Assembly: GCA_002104905.1 (NCBI GenBank)
Contig: MCFE01000065.1
Coordinates: 124,001-188,000, forward strand
DNA: 64,000 nt
From: Basidiobolus meristosporus CBS 931.73
Lineage: Eukaryota; Fungi; Basidiobolomycota
Direction of reading: 5' to 3'
Shown here: positions 52,266 to 64,000 of the stretch, in pieces
How positions within the stretch are numbered: position 1 is the stretch's first letter
How the letters are laid out: every line of letters starts with the position of its first letter
Made by a program: the position numbers and the translations under genes
The notes under the pieces: generated by a model
The model's input: only the letters and a program-made list of their open reading frames with translations
Told to the model about the DNA's origin: nothing
The model's database searches: none

Positions 52266-53230
52266 ATTTAATATGAAGAATTTAGCTACTTCGATAGTGT
52301 GAATTGAACATGGACCGTCTTTAAATACATCTCGTCAGAACTTCGATTTCCGTTGGTCACCGGGCCCCCGCAATATTTCATCTACAGATGAATGCTATTG
52401 TGAATGAATTGTTATTTTTTGTTCATTTTGGAAGTGATGGCTGTATTTTACCACGATACCTGTGGCACTTGATGTGGGATATAATCATTACCCGTTTATT
52501 GTCGCAATCTGTTTGTGCGAATTTACAAAGATACCACTCATCTTTTGCAGAAGCCCTCAGATTTGTTCCAGGAGGCTAGGGGTGCGCAGTTGATAATATA
52601 GCTATTGGATCAAGTGTTGGTAAACTGACGGATTTATCCAACCTCCATAGTACAAGTCATTTGACCACTTGAAGTCAATTTGTTCTCTTCTTGCATCGAA
52701 GAGGGAACGTTAATGCATGTCTCGTAATGATTGACATACGGTAGCAGATTGATCAAATCGTGGGTAAATCAAAAATTCTAAGCATCAGTGTGTGTAAAAG
52801 AATACACCAATCAAACATCAAGAGTGATATACGCAGCAACGACGTTCAGTTCTTCAGAAAGAGTTGATAATTTCCCTCATATTTATTAGAATCCTATTTA
52901 AAATCAACGTAACCACAAGAGTTCCTATTCGATACTATATCACCGGCATGAAATTCCAAATCTAAATCTCCCTGTATAATCGAATGAGGACATATTTTCA
53001 GAAACGATAATCGTGAAAATGATCAGGTCGGTGATGAGAGGAGATGAAAATTTATATGTAATAAAACAGTCGTATACTTTAAATATTTATAGATTAGGAT
53101 GAAAAATGATTGATAATCTTGTTCTACGATCACCACAAGAACTAACACAAAGAGGATGTTTCACGTGTTCTTCTGCTGAAATATTTATTTTACACATTTA
53201 AATATCAAATTATGCGGGGCACTGGGTGGA

Positions 53231-53238
53231 TATAAATA
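53231..53238 (+). promoter_or_regulatory. TATA box of catalase copy 3
   Basis: TATAAATA about 75 bp upstream of the ATG at 53308. Confidence 0.5.
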
Positions 53239-53307
53239 AGGCCTTATTGGACTAAAACTACTCAAGGTCTTTTGATTAGTTTAGTAACCACTTCTTCTTT
53301 CACAACG

Positions 53308-54759
53308 ATGTCCAACTTGACCACTACCAACGGAAACCCAGTCGAGAACAACCAGACCTCCATTACTGCCGGTCCCAATGGTCCTATCCTTCTTCAAGAC
53401 TTCCACCTCATCGACAAACTCTCTCACTTTGATCGTGAGCGCATCCCCGAGAGAGTTGTTCACGCCAAGGGAGCCGGTGCCCATGGTTACTTCGAGGTGA
53501 CCCACGACTTGACCTCCATCACCAAGGCGAAGTTCTTGAACAGAATCGGCAAGCGCACACCCACCTTCCTTCGTTTCTCCACTGTTGGTGGTGAGAAGGG
53601 GTCGGCCGATACCGCCAGAGACCCCCGTGGTTTCGCTGTGAAGTTCTACACCGAGGAGGGTAACTGGGACATGGTTGGTAACAACACCCCCGTCTTCTTC
53701 ATCCGTGACCCCATCAAGTTCCCCGACTTCATCCACACCCAGAAAAGAAACCCCGCCACCAACTGCCCTGATGCTGATATGTTCTGGGACTTCATCTCCC
53801 TCGTGCCCGAGACCATCCACCAAGTGACCATCTTGTTCTCTGACCGTGGTACCCCCGATGGCTACCGTTTCTTGAACGGATACAGCTCCCACACCCTGAA
53901 GCTTGTCGATGACGAGGGCAAGTTCAAGTACGTCAAGTGGCACTTCAAGAGCGACCAAGGCATCAAGAACTTCACCGCTGAGGAGGCTGGCAAGCTCGCT
54001 GGTCAAGATCCTGACTACGCCACCCGCGACTTGTACAATGCCATCGCCAAGGGTGACTACCCCTCATGGAGTGTGTATGTCCAGGTGATGAACCCCGAGG
54101 ATGCGGAGAAGTACCGCTGGAACATCTTTGATGTCACCAAGGTGTGGCCACACAAGGACTACCCACTCCAGCCCGTTGGCAAGCTCGTGTTGAACCGCAA
54201 TCCCGACAACTACTTTGCCGAGACCGAGCAAGCTGCCTTCTCCCCATCCCACACTGTTCCCGGTATTGATGTCTCCTACGATCGCATGTTGCAAGGCCGT
54301 CTCTTCTCCTACCCCGACACCCACCGTCATCGTTTGGGAGCCAACTATGCTCAGATCCCCATCAACCAGGCCTACAACAGCCGCGTTGCCAACCAACAAC
54401 GTGATGGACCCATGACCGTCAATGGTAACTACGGATCCCAGCCCAACTACGAGCCCAACAGCCACGCCGGACCCAAGCAAACCAACATCCCAGCCTCCAC
54501 CTACTCTGTCCAGGAGGTTATTGGTGCAGTTGGCCGTCACACCTACAGTCTCACCGACGACGACTTTGTCCAGGCCGGTAATTTGTACCGCTTGATGCCC
54601 AAGGACCAGAAGGACCGCCTCATCTCCAACATTGTCGGCCACTTGAAGAATGCCAAGAAGGAGATCCAAGCTCGTCAGGTCGAGCACTTCAAGCGCGCTG
54701 ATGGTGAGTATGGTCGTCGCATTGAAGCCGGTCTCAAGGCTGCTGCCTCCAAGGCTTAA
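53308..54759 (+). CDS. CAT: Catalase copy 3, intronless, 483 aa, inverted relative to copies 1 and 2
   Basis: Protein identical to copy 2 from MSNLTT to AAASKA in the ORF track. Confidence 0.98.
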   Translation: MSNLTTTNGNPVENNQTSITAGPNGPILLQDFHLIDKLSHFDRERIPERVVHAKGAGAHGYFEVTHDLTSITKAKFLNRIGKRTPTFLRFSTVGGEKGSADTARDPRGFAVKFYTEEGNWDMVGNNTPVFFIRDPIKFPDFIHTQKRNPATNCPDADMFWDFISLVPETIHQVTILFSDRGTPDGYRFLNGYSSHTLKLVDDEGKFKYVKWHFKSDQGIKNFTAEEAGKLAGQDPDYATRDLYNAIAKGDYPSWSVYVQVMNPEDAEKYRWNIFDVTKVWPHKDYPLQPVGKLVLNRNPDNYFAETEQAAFSPSHTVPGIDVSYDRMLQGRLFSYPDTHRHRLGANYAQIPINQAYNSRVANQQRDGPMTVNGNYGSQPNYEPNSHAGPKQTNIPASTYSVQEVIGAVGRHTYSLTDDDFVQAGNLYRLMPKDQKDRLISNIVGHLKNAKKEIQARQVEHFKRADGEYGRRIEAGLKAAASKA

Positions 54760-55346
54760 GTTAGTCCTCTGGCATACCTCTAGGCCATCTGTCACTGTAT
54801 TCAGCATAATTCCATAATTTTCCTTCCGATGCATATAACTCGTCAAATTGCAACCAATTGTTTCGTAAACATCATTAAAAGCCTTCAAAAAATGATATCC
54901 TGTTGATGTCGTATATATCATATGAAAACTGCGTACTATTGATGGGTAATTTGCGTCACCTTCGTGAGGTGTAGCTATTGGATTGTATAACGTAATTGTG
55001 GTGATGTGAACTTTTGTGTAAACTTGCAATCGAATGTACAGACGTTCAATCTTCTTCACACGCATCAGATGGTTTGAGCTACGTTGTTAGGTCTTAAACA
55101 TACTGGAATATTGTTATTTAGTCAAACTCCAGCCTATTCGGATGAATGCTATTCTTGAATCCAAGGGGCTATGATAGTATTCAGAAAGTCCTTTATTTCT
55201 TGGTGGTGATTATTTCTCCAATTTTGGGTGGTCAAGTTTAGTAGTGTATGTCACAAGGTATATAGCGATATAATCTACAACTGCTGTCAATGAGTGTGTA
55301 TGGTAGTAGAAAATAGAAATATAGAATATGTCGTTCTCCCAACATT

Positions 55347-57114
55347 CTAAGCAGGTCCGGTGGAGCCTCTCCATCTCTCGCCTCTGTGTAGAACCAATAT
55401 AGGCATTATCACGCTTACTGTAGTGATGATCCCCCATATGGTCATCATCCAACCGTCGCCCAGGTTCTGGCGCATTGCAGGGGCAAACAAAGGGGTCACC
55501 GTAGCAATTACGTTTCGTACAAAATTTGCACAACTTGTAATGGATGCTGAGGACTCGGAATAAGCGTCGACCAAGTAGGTATTGCTAGTCGCAATGATAA
55601 TGTTCATTCCAAAACCAACTATTGATCACAAATTAGATAACTTGCAGTAGGTATTCATGCGATACAATAAACCATACTTACAAAGGAAGTGGCCAATCAG
55701 TGGTAATACAAAGTGGGTGTCAAAGTGAAGCAGCCATCCATAAACAAAGCAACCAACTGGCACCAAAATAGAGCCTATCCAAAGGGAATGCAATCTCATT
55801 TCTGGTTTGTGTACTCCGCCGTGAGCTTTCATTTGCTTACGAAGGGTGTAGTCGGTAAACACACCGCCAAATACAGTGCCTAATATGCTTCCGGCCCCTT
55901 CAGCTCCATAGCAGAAGCCGATCTGGGCAGACGACAGGTGGTATCGATCGGTATAAGTTTCTGAGAGCAGGGTTAAGAGCAGAAACAAAACACCAAATAT
56001 GATCCCCGGGTACAAGGTGATCAGAATCACTGCGGGATATCTCAGATAGTATAACGGTTTGAAAGGATTTGGAAAGCCATGTTTTGCGGGGCTTTCCAGA
56101 TTTTTGTTCAGCCTCAATGCATAAGTTTCTGGCAGGAGAAGCAAACTCACGGTGAGAATCACTCCGCTAAGAATGGTCAAAAACCAAAAGATCCATTGCC
56201 ATCCTAGATACTCGTTGATTACGCCGCCTATCATTGACCCGGTGATCGGCCCAACCAGTGGGCCTATAAAGAACAGGCCTAGAATTCGAGGATTAGACTG
56301 ATCGTTGCTAAATATAGATCACGTTGCTGACTTACCCATGGCAGTACCACGCTCCTCAAGGTAAAACATATCAGAGATGGAGCCAGCGCCAACAGCCATG
56401 GCGGCGGAACTCCCGGAGCTCTGAAGAATTCTCATCACGATGAACATGCCGATATTTTTTGAGATGGCGCACAGAACGGACGCTACGATAAAAAGAGCCG
56501 TCGAGAGGATGTACACGATACGTCGGCCATAGCGCTCGGAGATTGGTGCCCAGAACAATGGCTAGTTTCCAATTGTTAGTAAGGAAGTCTTTGAGAATAT
56601 GTCGATGCTTGCAAGAATTACCCCCAGCCCACTGAAAAGTACGTAGCATGAGACGGTGGCGTTAATAGTGCTGACATCCGTATTCAAGGCCGTGCGTACG
56701 TCCGTCAACGCCGGAAGCTATAAAGTGTCAATCGGCTATGACAGCAACTGGGAAATAGGATGCTACCTACATAAATGGAACTCGCTAGCGGACCCAGAAG
56801 TCCAATCAGGGCGATCAAAGACAGGCATCCCATTTTTTTGGACCTCTTCCAACCCTACTTGAAGCACACGTTTTAAAAGCAAACTCCTGGCGCGTGGGTG
56901 TGAGGCCGGCGAGCGAAGAGAAGGCTGCTTACCATTGGATCAATAACATCTACTTTCTCGCTATTCCCCACGTTTATTGTCGTCTCTGAATCATCTTTGA
57001 TCTACGGAAATGAGTCTGAATAAGTGGAGGGTCGATGCCCGGGGGTCATGTGAAGCGACTTACTTTATCGTTCTCTAACTGGCTTTGCTCCACTTCTAAC
57101 TTCGGATCAGACAT
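55347..57114 (-). CDS. MFS drug:H+ antiporter (DHA1 family), multi-exon
   Basis: WKRSKK..IALIGLLGPLASSIY, WAPISERYGRR, AVGAGSISDMFYLEERG, GWQWIFWF, LPETY, PEMRL and YLVDAY. Start MSDPKLEV at 57114 inferred through short introns. Confidence 0.9.
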
Positions 57115-59054
57115 GTCCTAAGGCAGAAATCAGGTCACTCCGTACCGCACCTTGAATTTATAGTGATTTCTCATCGCTCAGAGGGAGAGAGGGAATGGTT
57201 GTGAGTGCAGCTCGGGGAAATGAGATAATTTCGTGCTTCATAAGTGTTGCTCCTCTTGATTGGTAATTCCAGCTCTGTGGAACAGGCGAAAATCTAGCAC
57301 TGCCGACAAACTCGCGTAAGCGTCCATTAGTCATTTACGCCATTGCCCTTAAAGCAAAACCACTCCATCTGAATAGCTCAGCACCGTGATTGAAGCTAAA
57401 TTAAGCTTAAAACGGAGAGGCAGCAACCTTTGGGGAGACAGGTGACACATACATGAAAGGCCCAAACAGTGGCGCTACCGCGGAGCTGGCACAGATCTCG
57501 AATTCCAGCTCTCCAATGGATGTTAAAACAGCACCAAAGATCACCTGCACGAAAAAGGTGATATTGAATTGATTCGAAATCACCTCAAACCAGAGCAATC
57601 AAAGATTATCTCGGGCTTTCGATCAATAAGGGAAGTGGGCCTTGAAGTACCTCTTTGCGAGCACCATCCTCAACTGGCACGATACGAGTATTCATCCCTT
57701 ATATGGCACCAGGTTTCTCCTCTGGATGATACATGATTCCGTGATCGACTGTCGCAGAGGCAGAGACAACCCACAATAATAGTGCATTTGTGCTCCAGAT
57801 GAAGATTTGCATAGAGAGGACAAGTAGATGGCATCGACATCAACAGATCTAGTCTCACCATTCATCATTGAAGGCTTTGGTGGGAGCGAGATTGGATTGG
57901 ACGGGATAAGATAGGATATACCATGCATCTCCATCTCTCGCGCAACCTCAGACTGGCTCCAGCAGATATCCCAGTGTACACATTTATGAGGTGGTGGCGT
58001 ATGCAGCGTGTGGCGTGTATATTTGATATTGCAATAGAGGCAGCCCGATCGTATCTATCTCTAGAACACTGACGCTTTCTGTTCAAAACTCACTTTCTCC
58101 TTGTGGCCGCCCCGATGCTATGGCTTTGCTCGGTCTGATTTATTCAACCTAAACTTGCAAGTAGAACCTCATTGACAAAGGAAGGATTTTCTTCGGGACT
58201 TGAATTACCATAATTCTATTGACGAGCAAGAAGCTGGATTCTCCAAACGGCAATATTGAATGCTGGATTGCATGCTATGTGAGTTTGTCATTGTGAACGC
58301 TTTGAACATGGAGGTTCTAAACTTGGATACCATGGCATTATCATCTGTGTAGACCAGATTCCTGGAAATCTTACCCATGATTTCCGCCAAGGAAATGTAC
58401 AATATTCTGGCTAAGGAGATATGGAGTGTTTCCAAATTCTCCAGGCGTCATGTCAATCAGGCAGTCACTCCCCGACAAGGAGAGTTCAAGGCCACAATGT
58501 AAATCCTACGAAATATGGCAACATTGACTCGCAGTGATCGATCCTTTCTATCCTTTAATACATAAACCATGGTGGTGATAATTGGCGTTATACAAATAAA
58601 TTTAACAAGATCACTTCAATTGTTATTCGTGCCAGCACTCTTGGCTCCCTTCGTTGCCACCACAAACATACTCCTCGGCCTTCACACTTGCCAAATCTAG
58701 GTCCATGTTCCTTCCTTCAACAGCGGTTTAGACCGGAGAACTAGACGATTCTTGATTGGCTCGAGATATCATGAAGGACCATGCATTAATTTTCTCATCG
58801 GGTAAGCAAATAATCCACCTCAATTTTTACGAAAAAAAAAAAAGTTTCCAGCATCGTTGGTTTTGTAGTTTATTATGTGAATGAATCGACTTCAGAAAAA
58901 GGAAGAGGCGAAATAGAATTCGAAAAAGGTCAAAGCTATTTAGAAAATATATCAACCTTCGCTCGCACTACCGTTCCATATTTACTGTATCAAAGCTATA
59001 GATTCTCTTGATCACCCTACCTCACCGCACCAACATTCCAATCCCACAATTATT

Positions 59055-62000
59055 ATGGAAGACATATTCTCCAAGGTTCGCACGCAAGTAAATTCCACTC
59101 TGAACAACCAAAAGCTTCCTGCCACAACTCTCTTGAGTGTTGAGAAGGAATTGAAGGAAAAAAGCATTGAGCTTTCTCCCGCTGCCTATTTCACAAGCTT
59201 GCTCAATTTGCTTGAAGATCAAAAGGACACTGAAGGAGACAACGAAAATAGAACTGCCATAATATACCTTCTGAGTATTGTGTTCCCTCAGTAAGTCATT
59301 TTTCGTGACAATGTTTGGTGTCTGATTTTAAGTTTATGTACTTTCAGCATCCCCCAGGATATCTTGAAAAAGGAATATTCCAGGGCATTGAAGACTTTAG
59401 TTAGTACGATTGAAGAACACAAAGAATCAGCTCCTATTGCGCGTGCCGTCATTGCTTGTTTGGAGAGCCTCCTGGCTGCTCAAGATAGTGCCGCCTGGAA
59501 AAAACTCCCTACCAAAAATACCTTTAATTCTTTGCTGCAATTGTGCTTAGACGGCCGACCAAAGGTTCGTAGAAGAGCCCACGAGGCCATCCATAAAATA
59601 ATCTCTAGCTCCCCCACAGCCAATTTCCAGCACCCAGCTGCTTTCTCTGTAGCAAAATTCTGTATCAAAGTTTTGAAAGAGTCCTCCCAATCGGAGCCCG
59701 GTTCCGCTCATCACATTCTTGCTCTCGTCAAGCCTATTATTTCTATATGGCCAGCAGAGGAGCTTGAGTCTTTGTGCGAAACTTTGTTCGAGCTTCCTAA
59801 ACTTGGTAACGACTATCTCACGGTCACGGTGCTTGAAGTGCTACAAAACCTTTTCAAGTGTAGCAGTGGTAACCTGGATGAAGAGAAAATCCGGTACTTC
59901 CTTGACGCCCTCATTCAGATGAAACCAAACAGCGGAGAGGTGCAGCAATCGACTGCTTGGTTGAAATGTATGACCTACGGATATGAAGCCTACGCTAAGT
60001 GCAATCAAGAGGAGTGCTCTGGCCAACTTGGAATGGTGTTTGCTATAGTCTTTGCTGACCTTGGATGCGATCAAAAGCCAGTTGCCGACGCTGCCGCTGA
60101 ATGCCTTTCTGGCCTTGTTGAGAACTGTTTGGTAGTGAATACCGAGAGCATGGATAAATCGAAGAATCTTCTGAAGAAAATCTCTGGATTATTGGAGACC
60201 GGATTGCGCGCTCGCTACCAATCTGCTTGGCCGGGTGTGCTTGCCATCTACAGAGCCTTTTTTAAGAAACTGGGTCGCAATGCTGTTCCTCTTCTCAGTC
60301 ATACGATCGAGTTGATCGCCGAGTTGACAAGTAGTGACAAGGAGTGTAAGAAAGTAGTCCATGAAACCTTAGGGACCATCGTAACCGCCATAGGCCCCCA
60401 GACCTTTTTGAAGATCCTTCCTTTGAGCCAGGAGAAATCCAAGGACAACCCGAAGCAATTCAACAGAGTGTGGTTACTTCCAATTCTTAAAGAGAGCATT
60501 ACCAATACAGAGTTGAGTTATTTCGTCAAGGAGCTCCTTCCCCTAACCGAGAGCCTAAAAAGCCCTACTCTAAAGGCAGCCACCAAAGGCAAACAAGGCG
60601 GTGACAAAAGTCAAAAGGCTGTTCAAGGGATCTGGGCACTATTGCCTGGATTCTGTCATCTTCCCTACGACCTCGTGAAGGCGTTTGATCAGGACTTCGC
60701 CGAGGTATTGGGAAATGTAATCTTTAGTGAGCCAGAGCTTCGACCCATTGTGTGTACCTCCTTAGGAACGCTGATCCAGAAGAACCTTGAATTCAGTACC
60801 TTGGAAACAAGCGACGAGGAGCTGCAAAAGCAATACCAGATGGATAAAAAAGATGCCGTTGCGAACATCCAGCATTTGGCTGGATTCTCCAGCAATTTCT
60901 TGGCAGTCTTCTTCAACGTTTTCAGTCAAACGCCCCCTGAATCACGCACATACCTTACGGAGATGATTCAACTATTCCTCAAAATTTCTAATGAAGGTGA
61001 TATTCATGAAACCTTCGAGAAGGTCCATCAGCTTCTGGCAGATGCCTTGAAGGAACATCATCCCGTTGACGATCTGGCTCCCTCCAAACTTCCCCCTATG
61101 GCTCACACAATGATGGATCTTGCAGTCATTATGGTTGAATTTCTGGACACCGCTTCCCTAGAGCGTCTCATGGAAACCGTCACTGCTTTGATCGCGCAAG
61201 AGGAGGACGGGGTGTTGCAAATGATGTCATACGATGCCATGAATCGCATGTACCAATGTGAGAATGGAAAGGGCGTCTTGACAAACAACATAGAAGAGTT
61301 GCAAACCAAGCTGTTGAGCACTACTCTCATTACCTCCCCGGTGGCAAAGGAGGAGCGTCTCAAGGCATTAGCGAATGTTACCCGAGTCCTACCGTCTAGC
61401 GATCTTAGTTTCATCCCTTCCATAGTCTCAGAGGCTATTGTCTGCACGAAGGAGGCCAAGGAAGGCTCACGCAATCTTGCCTATGACCTTCTAGTCGTAA
61501 TGGGAAATCGTATGAAAGAGGGCGGTGTTATTGTAACTAGCAAGATTGCTGAGATGGATGACGATGCTCAAAACGCCGAGGCAAGCATTGCCGAATACTT
61601 CACTATGGTTACTGCAGGTCTAGCAGGATCCACGCCCAACATGATTTCGGCAACCATCACATCCCTTTCCAGACTCTTGTTCGAATTCCAGTCAAGTCTT
61701 TCTCAACCCATCGTGGATGATCTTCTTAACACCATTCATATGTTCGTCATCTCGGCCAACCGAGAGTTGGTCAAGTCAGCACTAGGCTTCGTCAAAGTAG
61801 CCGTGCTTACGCTCGATTCCGAATATTTGAAACCACATCTTTCCGACATCGTAACCGGCATTCTCACTTGGTCCCACGATCACAAGAACCATTTCAAAGA
61901 CAAGGTTCGCCATATTTTCGAACGATTGATTCGTAAGTTCGGCTATGAGGAGATTGCCCGGGTTGTTCCTGAGGAACACATGGAATTGATTACCAACATC

Positions 62001-62525
62001 AAGAACAGAAAGGAGCGTGCTAGAAGAGGAAAAAACAAGGCTACTGACAACAGCGAGGACGAGGACGAAGACGATGATTCGGATAGTAGTGAGAGCGAGG
62101 GCTCTGGAGATGAATCAGACCAAGGAACTCATGGTAGGCCCAAGTCTCGAAAGCATAGCCGCGCAGACGAATCGGACGACGAATCAGAAACTGAAGGCCG
62201 TAAACCCGGCTTCAGAGGAAAACGGATGCATGATGGCAGAGGAAACAGAGGCAGTTTCAACGCCGGAAATCATAAGCGGGGCCGATTCAACCGTGAAAGT
62301 GAGGCTTCTGGCGAGAACCGTCATAGAGCAGGCGCTCGAGATCAGAACAGAAGGGCACGAGGTAGAGGCGGCTTTTCCGACAAAGGAAGTCAACGTTTCG
62401 CTAAAGGAAGTCGCCCCGCTGGTGGTGAAGATGACAGAAGGGGCGGTCGCAACTCACATTCAAGTGCTAGTAAACCACGAGGCAAGTTCAGTCATAGAGG
62501 ATCGTCAAGCAGAAGACGCAATTAG
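59055..62525 (+). CDS. RRP12: RRP12-like ribosome biogenesis/export factor (NUC173/HEAT repeats), 2 exons
   Basis: PAAYF..LL, DGRPKVRRRA, WLLPILK, IWALLPGFC, NRELVKSALGFVKV, HFKDKVRHIFERLIRKFG and an acidic then Arg/Gly-rich tail. Intron 59291-59347. Confidence 0.93.
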
Positions 62526-63044
62526 AGGTGCTTAATAGCAGTCAAGATCAAATTAGCGAAGTTATGAATATATTTGTTTTATTATAGGTTACTTAATTTC
62601 TATAAAATCTTCACAACAATGTTCTAGTTCTTGATGATTCTTTTGGCTACGATCAAACATCTGGCCACTTGCACACTCCCAATGTCATATTGGTGTGACT
62701 TGTGCTTGTCCCACTATTATACATAATGGTCTCCTATTTTGCTCCATAGTTGTTCATTTATATTTGGGAATACCTTGAAACTGAGCTTATTTCTTTTTCC
62801 TAAAGCTTTCATGCCTAATGTAAATTATTCCCTGAATACATATATAGTGTGGTGTATAAAAGGGCTAGTTGAGGGGCAGCCACATTTGATTATACCTTAT
62901 AAGTTGGATGTAGAAAAGCCCACAATATATCAATAATATTGAGAATGTGTGATGTGCTTCAACATTTAAAACTTAGGGTTAGGGGGGGGGAGACAGTCAC
63001 CAACAGGTGAAATCTTTATTTCAGTTGAAACAAAGAAGCCAGCA

Positions 63045-64000
63045 CTACTGTTGTAGCTTTGATACAAGAGTGTGTAGCTGAGGGGAATTTGTAGGTAAGT
63101 TAATAAGAAGTGATGATAGTTCTTCAGTGCTCAAGACACTGTTCAGTGGGAAGGGGGGTAGCAAGAGAGGTAAGAATGACTTGTGAACAACATTAATGAG
63201 GGGAATGTGATAAGGATTGATATTCATCATAAAGGGAGTGTGCTGCTGCAGATATTGCTGCCAAAGGTCTGTCAAGTACTTCAGGTAGGCCAGCTTGGGT
63301 TTTTCTGACTGCAGAATATAATGAGCAAACTTCTTGACTTCAGGATCTCCAAGTATAGTGCTCCAGCAGGAGCCAGGTGTAGTGTGGTGTGTTCTCTTCC
63401 ATGCCTTAATCAGTGGGTTGTTGCAGTTGTGAAGTCTGAGATATAATCTGGTTCTGAGGTAGAGAATTCTGATCTTATAGGGCATAAACCCAAAAGCACC
63501 AAGAATAGCATGTCTGTAGGGGCATTCAGGTAAATGAGGCACCAAGGAGGTAATGCACCATACTGTAAACTTGTCAAGCTTAGTGCAGTCTCTAGAGGTA
63601 AGAGAGAGAAGTGGTAAGCCAAATTCCAGGACAGGGAAGACAAACTGCTTGAGTAGAAGGAGGCAGCTGGGAGCTGAAGTTGTAGGAGGAGTAACAGCCA
63701 GTAGCTTGTGGAGTGCCTGTCTTGCCAGGATAATTCTCTTCTTCAGATGTGCTCCAGAGTCTAGTCCAGTAGGAAGGAAAGGAAAGCCAAGATATGTAGC
63801 AGAAGCCTGAGCAGGTAGAGTGGAGTTCTCCAAGTTAATGTGAGAGCCCAAAGGTACTGTCTTTGCAATGGAAAGCTGGAGATTATTCTTCTGCAGATAC
63901 TGGTGGATGGTCTGGGAGTCTTGTTGCACATTGGAGGAGGATATTCTGATGTCATCAGCAAAGAGAGTAACCAGGCAGTCAGCTGAGAGTCTTGGGAAAT
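63045..64000 (-). mobile_element. Non-LTR retrotransposon (LINE) ORF2, 3-prime part: end of RT plus thumb, open to the window edge
   Basis: The frame continues upstream of the listed ORF as FPRLSADCLVTLFADDI (FADD at 63948-63962), then LQLSIAKT, ATYLGFP and LLLLKQFVFPVLEFG. AATAAA follows the stop. Confidence 0.88.

Noticed and set aside
46542-54759. Apparent mosaic pattern of shared variants among the three catalases as proof of gene conversion
   Set aside because: With three sequences and no outgroup, every biallelic site is a singleton. Only the flank discontinuity and the terminal clustering of differences are informative.
46500-55065. Long antisense and alternate-frame ORFs (245, 235, 260, 234, 241 and 333 aa) over the catalases
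   Set aside because: They are shadows of strong codon bias in a highly expressed gene. They repeat with each copy and show no domain features.
58790-58850. PAC-like CTCATCG and A-tract/RRPE-like sequence upstream of RRP12
   Set aside because: Imperfect matches. An exact CTCATCGC lies instead upstream of the MFS gene (57170-57177), so the motif is not discriminating here.
1-64000. tRNA, rRNA, snRNA genes and CRISPR arrays
   Set aside because: No convincing cloverleaf, rRNA or snRNA signature, or repeat-spacer array found by eye. A covariance-model scan (tRNAscan-SE, Infernal/Rfam) would be decisive.

Overview
Eukaryotic genomic DNA, most likely from an early-diverging fungus; Basidiobolus-like is my guess and I have not tested it. 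Genes have short (about 52-100 nt) GT-AG introns. About 20 protein genes could be reconstructed by hand: HOM2/asd, an alpha-arrestin, SAP30-like, Argonaute, a cupin, SIP5-like RING, a GNAT, a SERCA-type Ca-ATPase, WBP2-like, RPL14, a Cys-repeat type I membrane protein, a secreted zinc peptidase, three catalases, a BtuF/TroA-like binding protein, a DHA1 MFS transporter, RRP12 and three unassigned genes. The window also holds a CpG-free LINE fragment at the right edge, a diverged inverted repeat and a probable Gypsy relic. The 40-55 kb block is the most unusual part. It contains (1) a five-exon secreted protein joining a bacterial-type HExxH peptidase, a VHL-beta-like module and a ShK toxin domain, (2) a receptor-like protein built from a duplicated Cys-rich exon pair, and (3) three near-identical intronless catalases with unrelated flanks that enclose a signal-less, nine-intron periplasmic-binding-protein homologue. 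Family assignments come from motif recognition only; no database search was run.
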